NCBI GenBank assembly: GCA_036339735.1 | Contig: JAYZAL010000066.1 | Location: forward strand, 42,652 to 106,651 | Length of the DNA stretch: 64,000 nucleotides | Reading direction: 5' to 3' | Source of the DNA: Candidatus Poribacteria bacterium | GTDB lineage: Bacteria > Poribacteria > WGA-4E > UBA9662 | Part shown: positions 1 through 10,600 of the stretch, one piece after another | Layout: the number at the start of each line of letters is the position of its first letter | How positions within the stretch are numbered: position 1 is the stretch's first letter | Position numbers and translations under genes: made by a program | The notes under the pieces: model-generated | Told to the model about the DNA's origin: nothing | Seen by the model: only the letters and a program-made list of their open reading frames with translations | The model's database searches: none

Positions 1-2
1 TT

Positions 3-605
3 CAAAAATCATTAGCTGATTTAAGCTCTGGGCAAATTAGTCAACCGGTGGAGTCCGTCGATGGCTTCTACGTTTTTAGAGTTGAAAAAAAGAATGATCA
101 AAAAATTGTTTTTCAATACTTTCTGACCCCCTTCCAGATCAGCCAAACTGCAAAAGAGAAGGCACTTCAAAAGTCAGAACAGCTTGTTGAAAAACTCGAT
201 CAAGGTAGTGACTTTGACCAAGTGCTGCAAACACACCGCCAAACAACTTCGGGGTATGACTCAGAACTCGAAAAAAATAGGTTTGGTGGAGACTTGGGAT
301 TTCAACCATTAGCCAATCTATCGACCGAAATTCGTAAAGTAGTCGAATCATTGGGGGTTGGTGTTTATAGTGGCCCAGTTGAAACTAGTTCTGGGTTTCA
401 TATTTTTATTGTTATTGACAAACAGAAAAGCCAGTTAAATGAAAAAGAAAAAGAGCAGGTAAATCTTTACTTGAGAGATCAAAAGTTTCAAAAAGAATGG
501 AAGAACTATACGAATCTTCTAATTGAATATTCATTTGTCAAATACTTTGACCCAAAATTGATCATTGAACCGACTGAAAACGAGGGTGCCACGGCTATCG
601 AATGA
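3..605 (+). CDS. SurA/PrsA-like parvulin (PpiC-type) peptidyl-prolyl isomerase, 5'-truncated by the window
   Basis: The frame is open from position 3 (QKSLADLSSGQISQPVESVDGFYVF). It has two rotamase C-terminal motifs (GQISQPVES.DGFYVF and GGDLGF...GVYSGPVETSSGFHIF) and a SurA-like C-terminal helix. Its stop overlaps the lptD start (ATGA). Confidence 0.85.
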   Translation, partial: QKSLADLSSGQISQPVESVDGFYVFRVEKKNDQKIVFQYFLTPFQISQTAKEKALQKSEQLVEKLDQGSDFDQVLQTHRQTTSGYDSELEKNRFGGDLGFQPLANLSTEIRKVVESLGVGVYSGPVETSSGFHIFIVIDKQKSQLNEKEKEQVNLYLRDQKFQKEWKNYTNLLIEYSFVKYFDPKLIIEPTENEGATAIE

Positions 606-3600
606 CCCGCCCCAGTAATTCGGCGAGTCAGCAACAACTCTCTGCCATCCACGCTTTGTCTGTAAGCTTGCTCTCCGGTCTGTTCCTGTTGCTTCCATTC
701 GGTCTTGACCACGTTTTGGCGCAAGATACATCAACTGGGCCCGTACTTACCTCCCAAATAAATACCGAATCAAAAGATAATAACACTAGTGAGACACCAC
801 CGGTGCTCTCTCCTCAGCTTAATTCTCGGTCGGATCTTCTAAGACCAGAAGAAACAGAACCAGAAGAGGGTAAAATTATTGGTAAGGGAGATGAACTATT
901 TCTAGTAGGAAATTTAGTTCACATTCATGGTAATGCACTAGTTAAGTCAGGAGATATGACTCTTTATGCTGACCACGTTTGGGCTGACTTCGATCAAAAT
1001 CTACTACGAGCCTCTGGTAATGTTAGATTAATTTCTGGTCAAGAACGTACTTACTCGAATGAACTTCTTTTCAATTTAGACAATAGAAAAGGTATTATCC
1101 GTCAAGGTTCGACTTATAGTGAACCCTGGTATTATCGGGGAAATGAAATTTTCAAGACTGAGGACGACGAATCCTATATTCGCAAAGGATCATTGACTAC
1201 CTGTTCCTTGAAACACCCACATTATTATTTCAGTAGTTCAGAGATTATAGTTAAGGTTGACAAAGAGTTGATTGCCAAAAATGTAGTCCTCAAAATTGGT
1301 GGAATTCCGCTTTTTTATATTCCAGCTTATCGTCGCGATTTACGTACCGACAAATTAGCCAAGGTAATTGTAAGGTTAGGAACAGATAGCTATCAGGGAC
1401 CATTTTTAAGCATTGAGTTGCCACTATCCCGCAAAAGGAGGCTGGATGCACGTCTAATGTTCGACCATACCTCCAGAAGGGGACGTGGGGGAGGAGCCGA
1501 TAGTACTTATCAAATTAACGATACACGTTATGATGAAATTTTTATCCCCATCTTTCATGATGCCACTCCTAGCGAGAAGAAAAAATTAGAAGACCTCGCA
1601 ACTGAGATTAGGGAAAAACTTGATGGAGATCATGATTCATACAAATTGAAGGAACTCTTCCTAGAATATCGGTTGGAGCCAGAGGATCTTGCTCGAGCCA
1701 AGGACAAAGTAGAAAAAATTTATAATAAACTAACAACTGATCTAATCACGACCGAAGCTGATCAGCCATCCGATCCATTACCGTTAGGATCAGAAGCCGC
1801 TTTTGCACAAATCGCACAGGAGAACTCAGATCACCAAGAAACTCGCTATGAGGGTGGAGATATGGGCTATATTATACGTGGTGAAGTCGACGAAGAAGGA
1901 AAACGACGACTAAGTCCTATGTTGGAGGATGCTGTTTTTTCATTGTCAGCTGGACAAATTAGTCCAATCCTAAAAACCAATTTTGCTTATCATATTTTTA
2001 GGGTCGATCATGTATTAGAAGTTTACGGAAAGAAAGAGATTAAGCTCCGCCGTATCGATATCAAAATTAGTCCGACGAGCGAAACGAAAGATCAAATACG
2101 CGAACTCGCTGATAAGATCCAAGAACAAGCAGTAGATGGTAAGGACTTAGCTGATTTGGCATTAAAAAACAAAGGTGCTATCTGGCGAAATGTCAATAAT
2201 GGAGACTGGTTACCCCTAAACGAAATGGACGACAGATGGCAGTATTCGGTTAGACGGTTGGAAGAAGTGGGGGATGTAACTACAACGGTTATGACTGACA
2301 GAGGCGTACACATTTTTCAACTTGTTCAAAAAATGCCGACACCTACCTTCGCTGAATTAGCCAGCGAATTTGAGTCTCAGTACGGAGATTGGTTGCGTGA
2401 AGAGTATGAACGCCGCAAACCGGAAGAAAAAAAACAATCTCAGAGTTTTCTGATGGGTACAACTGCAGAGCGAGCCCCCCTCAAAAGAAAGCCTTCTAAT
2501 ATAGATGAGAAGAAGGAATTACCAAATCAAGCACCTTCGGAGACATCGACAATTGATGAAGATGGAGTTGTAGAGCAAAAGGAACAATTAGAAGTTTTCC
2601 GTCAACATGACTTTCAGGGTAGTTGGCAAAATGAAAAGGCTGTTGCACGACAAGCTCGTCAGTTAAATCGGGGCGAAACGAGTAACATTATCGATAGTAA
2701 AATAGGTTTCCACCTCATAGATATCAAAAAAAAGCGAACTTATCGGGGTGATTTTTACTTGTATGGCCAAGATCAATATTCCTATTCGCGAAAAGATGCT
2801 ATGAAAATTGGGCGAGAATACGTTGCGCGGTGGGGGCATTATCATAGTATCTACACACCTTGGGATAAACCAGAAGAGGGAAGAAAACCCCTTAACTTCA
2901 TGGGAAGAGCTGAATGGCAAGCACGCCATTACGATGAAAATTATGGTACATCTGAATCGGCTATTCATTCTTTTGGTATGTTGACATGGGGAAATGCTTT
3001 TTCTGCTTGGGATACAGATGATCGCGATGCTGACGGCAATCTGAAATTTTCTACCAAAACTATTGGTGAGTTTTTAGGTCGTTTACAATTCAGTCATTCG
3101 TATGAATTAATCGAAAGTGATGTTGCATCTACCCTACAAAAACTACCTGAGTTATCTCTTCACTTTTCCCGAATGAGAATGAGTAACTTGCCTGTTTTTG
3201 AAACTATCAATGACACACTGGTCAAAATTTCGGAAAAAACAAAAACTAATATACCTATATTGTCTCTCATATCTCTTCCTACTCTAGAAGATGCTTCATT
3301 TGATTTAGATATGAATTTAGGTAATTTTTTTAGAAAACGTTATGAAAAAGAGCAAGATGTTTATTTGAAAACAGGAGTGATGGGATTCGACATTCAAAAA
3401 CAATCGACACTCAAGTTATCTTCTACACGGGAAGTTCGCCTAGATCTTGGCTTCGATTCTGATGCTGTATGGCATGATCGAGATCGGGATGGCCATAAAA
3501 ACATTCTGAGGGGTATCTATAGCCTCAACGCCGATGCTCGCAACATATTATTTCGTATCTATGACATTAGCTGGATTCCTGGAGCACGACGCCTAAGACA

Positions 3601-4405
3601 CCAGATCAATTCTGGCGTGTATTTTAATTATCAGCCTGCCGTAGATCGGGATGAAAACAGCCGCTTATATCCCTTTGGACCAAGTACTTATTTTTACGAG
3701 CGCAAAGATATTAGCTACACATTAGAAACAAGCATTGAAATCAAAACGCGTAAGCATCGATCAGCTCTAAGATTGATCGATTTTCGCACCCAATTGCGTG
3801 GGGATTTTACAGAATATGCAGCTGAAAACAATAGGACTTATGATTATATAGAGAGCGATATCACTCTCACACCACTACCCAATCGCACGATGAGTATTAT
3901 CATGCGTACTACTCATGATCCTAACCCATCAGAGGTAGATGGGAAAAGATTTAAACAAGTAGGTTTTCGCTCTAATTTTAGTTATCGTCGCGAAAAATGG
4001 AATCTAACTTTCGGTAACTCGTTCAGTAAACGAACAAGTTATGCCTCTCGTCGTATTAACACAAGTTTTCAATATCGTCCCAATTCAATGTTCGAAGTCG
4101 ACTTTAATGCTGACTATGACTGGGTGGAAAAACAGTTTTATTCTCAAAGTTTAACCATTCGAAGGAACCTACATGATTGGGACTTGCGACTTTCCTGGCA
4201 TCGGATTGGCATCAAAAGGCCACCTGATTTTAACAGTGTACGACAAGATTTCACCTTTCAAATTAACCTGATTGCTGACTCAGCTGCTTCGGTTGGTCTC
4301 GGTTACGATGCAGTAACTGAGACTTGGGGCTTCCGTAGCCTGCCAGTTGGTGTACCTTATAACGCTTTTGGTGTTGGTAATGCTATGAGTCGCTCATATT
4401 TCTAA
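602..4405 (+). CDS. lptD: LPS-assembly protein LptD with an internal multi-parvulin insertion
   Basis: Signal peptide; OstA-like jellyroll (GNALVKSGDMTLYAD, RASGNV); TTC...PHYYF and GIPLFYIP motifs; barrel strands (DHTSRRG, QKLPEL, RRLRHQI, RNLHDW). About 400 aa of PpiC-like sequence lies at ~1520-2740. Confidence 0.85.
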   Translation: MTRPSNSASQQQLSAIHALSVSLLSGLFLLLPFGLDHVLAQDTSTGPVLTSQINTESKDNNTSETPPVLSPQLNSRSDLLRPEETEPEEGKIIGKGDELFLVGNLVHIHGNALVKSGDMTLYADHVWADFDQNLLRASGNVRLISGQERTYSNELLFNLDNRKGIIRQGSTYSEPWYYRGNEIFKTEDDESYIRKGSLTTCSLKHPHYYFSSSEIIVKVDKELIAKNVVLKIGGIPLFYIPAYRRDLRTDKLAKVIVRLGTDSYQGPFLSIELPLSRKRRLDARLMFDHTSRRGRGGGADSTYQINDTRYDEIFIPIFHDATPSEKKKLEDLATEIREKLDGDHDSYKLKELFLEYRLEPEDLARAKDKVEKIYNKLTTDLITTEADQPSDPLPLGSEAAFAQIAQENSDHQETRYEGGDMGYIIRGEVDEEGKRRLSPMLEDAVFSLSAGQISPILKTNFAYHIFRVDHVLEVYGKKEIKLRRIDIKISPTSETKDQIRELADKIQEQAVDGKDLADLALKNKGAIWRNVNNGDWLPLNEMDDRWQYSVRRLEEVGDVTTTVMTDRGVHIFQLVQKMPTPTFAELASEFESQYGDWLREEYERRKPEEKKQSQSFLMGTTAERAPLKRKPSNIDEKKELPNQAPSETSTIDEDGVVEQKEQLEVFRQHDFQGSWQNEKAVARQARQLNRGETSNIIDSKIGFHLIDIKKKRTYRGDFYLYGQDQYSYSRKDAMKIGREYVARWGHYHSIYTPWDKPEEGRKPLNFMGRAEWQARHYDENYGTSESAIHSFGMLTWGNAFSAWDTDDRDADGNLKFSTKTIGEFLGRLQFSHSYELIESDVASTLQKLPELSLHFSRMRMSNLPVFETINDTLVKISEKTKTNIPILSLISLPTLEDASFDLDMNLGNFFRKRYEKEQDVYLKTGVMGFDIQKQSTLKLSSTREVRLDLGFDSDAVWHDRDRDGHKNILRGIYSLNADARNILFRIYDISWIPGARRLRHQINSGVYFNYQPAVDRDENSRLYPFGPSTYFYERKDISYTLETSIEIKTRKHRSALRLIDFRTQLRGDFTEYAAENNRTYDYIESDITLTPLPNRTMSIIMRTTHDPNPSEVDGKRFKQVGFRSNFSYRREKWNLTFGNSFSKRTSYASRRINTSFQYRPNSMFEVDFNADYDWVEKQFYSQSLTIRRNLHDWDLRLSWHRIGIKRPPDFNSVRQDFTFQINLIADSAASVGLGYDAVTETWGFRSLPVGVPYNAFGVGNAMSRSYF

Positions 4406-4630
4406 ACGAACTTTTCCGATTAGATAAACAAAAGTTTGAGTTGCTGAACATCAACCAAACGATCGGTTCTACGTCTAAAACAGGTCGAAAATCAAATATA
4501 GGCATAAAGATAGATTCAGCAAAAGCTAAGGCGTCCGAATTCGCCACTGTTGATCATCGAAATTACACTTCCATATCAAGTTATACAAGATCAGAAGTAG
4601 CATTCATTAAAATTTACGGGGGACAGTATT

Positions 4631-7600
4631 TTGGGTAAAAGGGGCTTGAGTTGCAAGGATAGCCAAGCGAGTATCAGTGTGCAGGCACCAATCACGGGAA
4701 TTAGTCTAGGTGTCATTTGGTGGTATGTTCTTTGTTCATGTATCAGCGTTTATGCTGCCGATTTTGCCATTCCACCGCAAGTTCTTGACGATACGACAGA
4801 AATAGACGCAGTTTTTAGTCCCAATGGTGATAACATCCAAGATAAGGTCGTCATTGTCTTTGAAATGGATGGTACAACCGGTGAGTACGAGATAATCATC
4901 GATGTCCATGGGCCAGGCGGTGTTGGTAAACCTGACGGTCAGTTCAATGTAGATGATGACTGGTCAGTTTTAGGTAAGTTTGGCCCTGGTGTAACAATCA
5001 ATGATGCCCCTAAGCGTTTTCGTATTGAATGGGATGGAAGAGATAGTGTTGCTGGAACAGCTAAAACTGTAACTGATGGAAACTATCAACTGCGCCTGCA
5101 AGTTGACTTTTTTCAGAATGAAATATTGGATCCAATACAGGATTCACACTCCCAAATCTTTCCTATAATTGTTGATACAGAATCACCACAAACGTCGGCT
5201 AAGTTGGAAAGAACAGGCTTCTCACCCAATGGTGATGGTAACCGTGACCAACTACCTATTAACTATGTTTTAGGAGAACAATTATCCGGCCTGGAACTAT
5301 TAGTTCCAAGCCATTCATCAATTCAATTATCGGACCTAGCAGCAGGCAATCAAATTTTCAACTGGAATGGACAAGACGGGCTTGGAGCTGTTCTGCCAGA
5401 CGAGTCTTACAATCTTCAATTAAGAAGTTTGGATTTAGCCGGTAACGAAAGTATCGTTTCTCTAGGGCAGATTTGGCTTGATACAAAAAAACCAACTATC
5501 AGCCAAATAATTCCATCTCCTGATGCCAAAGTGAATACTACAGTCAATGAGTTGATAGCTACCTTTGAAAGTGGAACAGGTAGTCAGATTGACTTTGATA
5601 ACTCGATTATAAGTTTGACTCATCTTGATGAAACTATTCAAAATGGGACTGTTAGTTATGAGAATATGACCTTGAGGCTAACATTAGAGAATTCTCTTAA
5701 TTTGGCTTCAGAGAATGGGCTTTACACAGTGAATGTGCAAGCTGTTGACCTCGCGGGAAATAGGGAAGTCTCAACTTTCAATTTGGTTTTTGATACGATT
5801 CAACCATCAGTACTACAAATTCGTCTCGATGAAGACAACTTGCGTGACCGAGTTCATGTTAATAGTAGTATCGGTTATATTGAGGCAGACCTAAGTGATA
5901 ATCTTTCTGGATTAGATTTGGCAAATTCACTTCTGCAATTGTCAAAATCAGGTACAGTTGTAGATGGAGTTCAGTTACAGATCGATACCGATACAATTCG
6001 TTTTCAACTTAGCCGAGCACTTAAATCAGACGGGAGTGATGATGGAGCTTACGAAATCCTGCTTACGGTATTTGACACAGCGGGTAACAGTCAGGTACAA
6101 ACACATCCGCTAGTTTACGATACTACAGCCCCTACTTTGATAGGAACAAACCCTCCAGATCTTTCACAAGAAAAAGTCCGTATAGATCAAGCTGTAGCAA
6201 CAATTGAGCTCACCTTTTCTGACCAAAACGATAATGTTGTTACTTCTGGGCTAAGCTTTGATGAGACGACAGTTTTTGTCACTAAAAGTGATGGAACGTT
6301 AGTCTCTACAATTAAGCAGGTCACTTCTCCTTCTAATTTAGAGCTACGCTTTTCTAGTTCTCTGACTGCTGGTGATTATACACTTTCATTCGTAGCAAGC
6401 GATAAAGCAGGCAATCAAGGAAAAGAAACTAACTATCCTTTCTATATCGACCTGAGGGTACCAGAAATACAATTCACGCCAAATAACGTACCATTGGCTA
6501 CATTAGAAGCAGTCTCAGCTCAATTGATAAACTATACTGGGATTGGTTTAGATCTGGTTAGGTCTAGCCTACTAGTTCAAGACGTTAGTGGTAATACGAT
6601 TCCATCCCAAAAGACCGAGATAGTTGATCAATCTCTAGTTTGGCATATCAAAAACCAGTTACCAAAAAATGGAAGTCAAGATGGAAATTACATAGCCACG
6701 GCCAACTTTGCTGATTTTGAAGGTAGAACCTATACAGCGAGTTCGACCTTGACTGTTGATACGCTACCACCTACTATTGACAAGACCATCCCTGTTGATG
6801 GTTCGAAAGTCTCTGTCCTAAAAGAAGTTGACGTATTCCTAAACGACAATTTAAGTGGAATTGACTTTAGTCAAACCGAAGTCTTGTTAAGTTCAGACGG
6901 TGGTACAATTTCTACCACAAAAAGTGATAATGGAGACAATCACATAAGACTCACCTTTACTGACCGCCACGCGGACGGGTCGGCGGATGGTTTGTATACG
7001 GTTGGTATCACGGCAGTTGATTTAGCCGGAAATATTAGTGGGACTCAAAACGTGTCCTTCTACCTAGTCACACAAAAGCCGGAAATTATTTCGGTTACAC
7101 CGTCTGCTAACTCTCGAATCAATCATTTATCTACAATTTCTGCATCATTGTTGGATCTTAGTGGAAAGGGTATTGATTTTGATAAAACAACCATTACTTT
7201 GTCCAATTCTAGCGGTGAAGTTCTGGGTGGAACCTCATTAACACATACTGACTCACAGATCACATTAACAGGAATAGAATTACCTACAGATGGATCGGCA
7301 GATGGTATATATACTATGTTAATCACATTAGTAGATAAACTTGGTTCCACAGCAGAAAAGCTGCAAAAAATTCACTATGATACGCAACCACCTGTCATGA
7401 GGACAAGCAATCAATCCTTCGAGAGACTATCAACAGACCAGGTGTCAGTTAGCTTCGAGGTAGTTGATTCCGGCAGTGGAATTGATATTACTAACTCTAG
7501 CCTACAGCTATCCAATACCGATGGAACAGTAGTCCCAGGCCAGTTTAGTTATGATGGTACAGCAAACCTCAGCTATAAGTCAGCTAAACTCAACGCTAGT

Positions 7601-10600
7601 GGCATTTATATGCTCCAAGTTGTACTTACAGATCAGGCAGGCAACAGCAGCATACCATATACTTTTTACTACGCATACGGGGTAGAGCTAGCAGAAGTTG
7701 TTGAGGTCACACCCCGTTTGACTAATAATTTGGAAGCGGTCGTTGTCACATTCAAGAGCCAGCAAAGTCTCGATTTTGAGCAGACGATTCTTGAACTGAT
7801 AGCTCCGAATCAGCAAGTTGTTTCTGGTGTTATGACCAACGATGGTCAACAACTGATAACCTTCACTCCAAGCATACCATTAGCTGTTGACGGAAGCCAA
7901 GACGGCGCTTACGCATTAACAATCCAGCCATCAGTTATGGCCATAGGCCGCTCAGATAAAAAGTGGTCTGGTGAAATTACTTTTGACACACAACCACCCG
8001 AAGTAAAGTCAATATCTTATATTACTCAACCTGAACAGTTAGCGGTTGATTTGCAAGGCACGGTTGTGGGTTTACCCACACAATTTCAGTTGGTGTTAGC
8101 TGATACTATTAGTGGAATTAATGGGCAACAAACAACAGCTCAGTTGATTTCGCCTACAGGACAAGTTAGTACCACAAAATCCTTGAAAGCCGATATAGAA
8201 ACCAATGAATACTCTATTAATCTAAGCCTAAACAGTCAGCCTAAACCTGATCCTTCCGTAAATGGCGACTATGTTCTTGAAATTATAGCCGTTGACCTAG
8301 CTGGTAACTCAACGACCTACAGTCGTAGTTTTACAGTCATGTGGGCTGCAGCTACGGTTTCATCGACTCAACCAGCATCGTTTAGTAAACTGAATGAGTT
8401 GCAACGAGTCGACGTGATGCTTGAAAATATGGCCGAAACTGAAATTGAAAAAATGGCCACTGTTCGATTAGTAAGTCCAGACAACTCCGAGGTCGCAGGG
8501 CGACAAGAAGTTGTAGGTACTATGGTAAGTTGGATATTGGATCAACCACCACCACAAGATGGAACTGCCGATGGAGTCTATACAATTCAATCCACGGTTC
8601 TTAAGAATGATCAGGTTCTGCTATCCGAAAACACCACATTCCTATATGATACCAAAAGCCCTCAAGTTGATAGCGTAGTACTGCAGACAAACGAATTGAC
8701 TGAACTGATACCTAGTCAAGTTATAATGGTTACAGAACCATTCTCTGCCATAAAAATTAAGATAGTTGATCAGCTAGCAGGGACTGATTTGACGACCTCA
8801 ACAGTTAGCCTGAGAACTAGTGAAGGTTTAGGGATCGAACAAGGCCTAAATAATGGTACTGGCGAAGTTCTTGAGGTCAAGAATAATGGTATTGATACAA
8901 TTACGGTTGAATTTGCAGAATTGAAATTAACTGGTATCTACACATTAGTGATTACACCAAAAGACTTGGCTGGTAATACTGGCCATCCATCGCTTTATCA
9001 AATTAACCTCAATCTCTCAAAGCCAAAACTCACTTCAATCAAAATTAGCGACCGACTGGGACTTGTCACAGCAGAATTAGCTAATGCGACCGCAGAGTAT
9101 TCTACCATCGAAGTTGTGGGTCCTAATGGGCAAGTTATTGGTAAAACCACAGAGGACAATCTTAAGAAACAAATTACTTGGACTCCGACAAATCTTGCTC
9201 AGGACGGTACTGATGATGGGGTTTATACGATTACGGTTACACCAGTTAACAAGCAAGGTATATCCGGCCAAGTATTAGTAAAGCGGTTCACTTATGACAC
9301 CCAAGAGCCTGAGATTAATAATATTACTGCTGTCGATCTAACACAACCGGTCTCTTATCTATCGAACCCAACGTCACAAATTACAGCAACGGTCTCTGAT
9401 CTGGGACCAGCAGGGCTCGACACTGAACAACAAAAGATAACACTAATTGACAGTAGTGGGCAAACTGTCAGCGCATTTTTAACTCATGATGGTAGAGAAA
9501 ATCTATACTTCACTTTCAATCCATCGTTCGCCAAAGATGGGACTAACGATGGAGAATATCAACTAGCTATTAACTTAATTGATAAGGCTGGTAACAAAAA
9601 AGACTTCACACATTCGGTATTTTATGATAGTTCTCCACCAACGCTGACCGATATTATTCCAGGCGATGGGGCTCTTCTTAAGGGAGAAATTAATCAGGTT
9701 ACAGTTAATTTGGCTGACAAAAACGGAAGTGGTATCGATTTCAGTCTAACGACCATTTCGGTAACAGATACTGAGGGCAATTCGGTGAGTGGTCAAATGA
9801 GCCACGATGGAAAGTCTAAAATAATCTTTAAAATTGATGATCTAGCACCAAGTGGATCCTATTTGGTTCGAGTTGAAGTCGCCGATCGAGCTGGTAATCA
9901 AGCCATATTCGAAAGCGGATTCACAAATTTGTCTAATTTACTTGTAGCTTCCTCCACTACACCTGTAACACGTCCAATTGAAAAGGCATTCAACCGAAAA
10001 AAACTAGATTCAGTTACAGTTCAACTGCCAAAAGATGTTGGGATCCACTTGTCTACGTTACATTTGGTCGACAGTAGTGGTCAAATGGTCATGGGGTACC
10101 AAGACCGTAATGGTTCTTCAGATTTACAATATCAGCTCCAAAAGCCATTGAAGGACGATGGATCAGATGATGGGACATATACTATTGTTTTTACTCCTAT
10201 TAGCGCTAATGGGCAAAGAGGGCAACCACAACTTATGAGTTTCGTCCACGATACAGTAGAGCCAGAAATCGATGATGGCCAAATTCGGCTGAATGTAGCT
10301 CAAGCAGGAGTTAATAACTCACTAGTATCAATTCAGCTACCAGTGTATGACCCATCTCCATCTTCGGGTATAGACTGGTTAGAACGTCCATTGCCAATCG
10401 TAGTAACGTTAGAATCTTTCGCAAAGGAAAATATTGCAGGTCGGATTTTAGTTGAATCTGATAAAGAGGAGGTGACTTTTGTCCTAAACAAACCTCTGGC
10501 GAGTGACGGCAGCCAAGATGGGAAATATAAGCTGAAAGTCGATGTTACAGACCAAGCAGGTAATGACTTGAATTGGATTTATGATTTTGATTACGATACT

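Noticed and set aside
4441-4638. 65-aa ORF between lptD and the giant gene (likewise 40458..40673 and 52466..52657)
   Set aside because: TTG starts, no clear RBS or recognisable features; probably intergenic.
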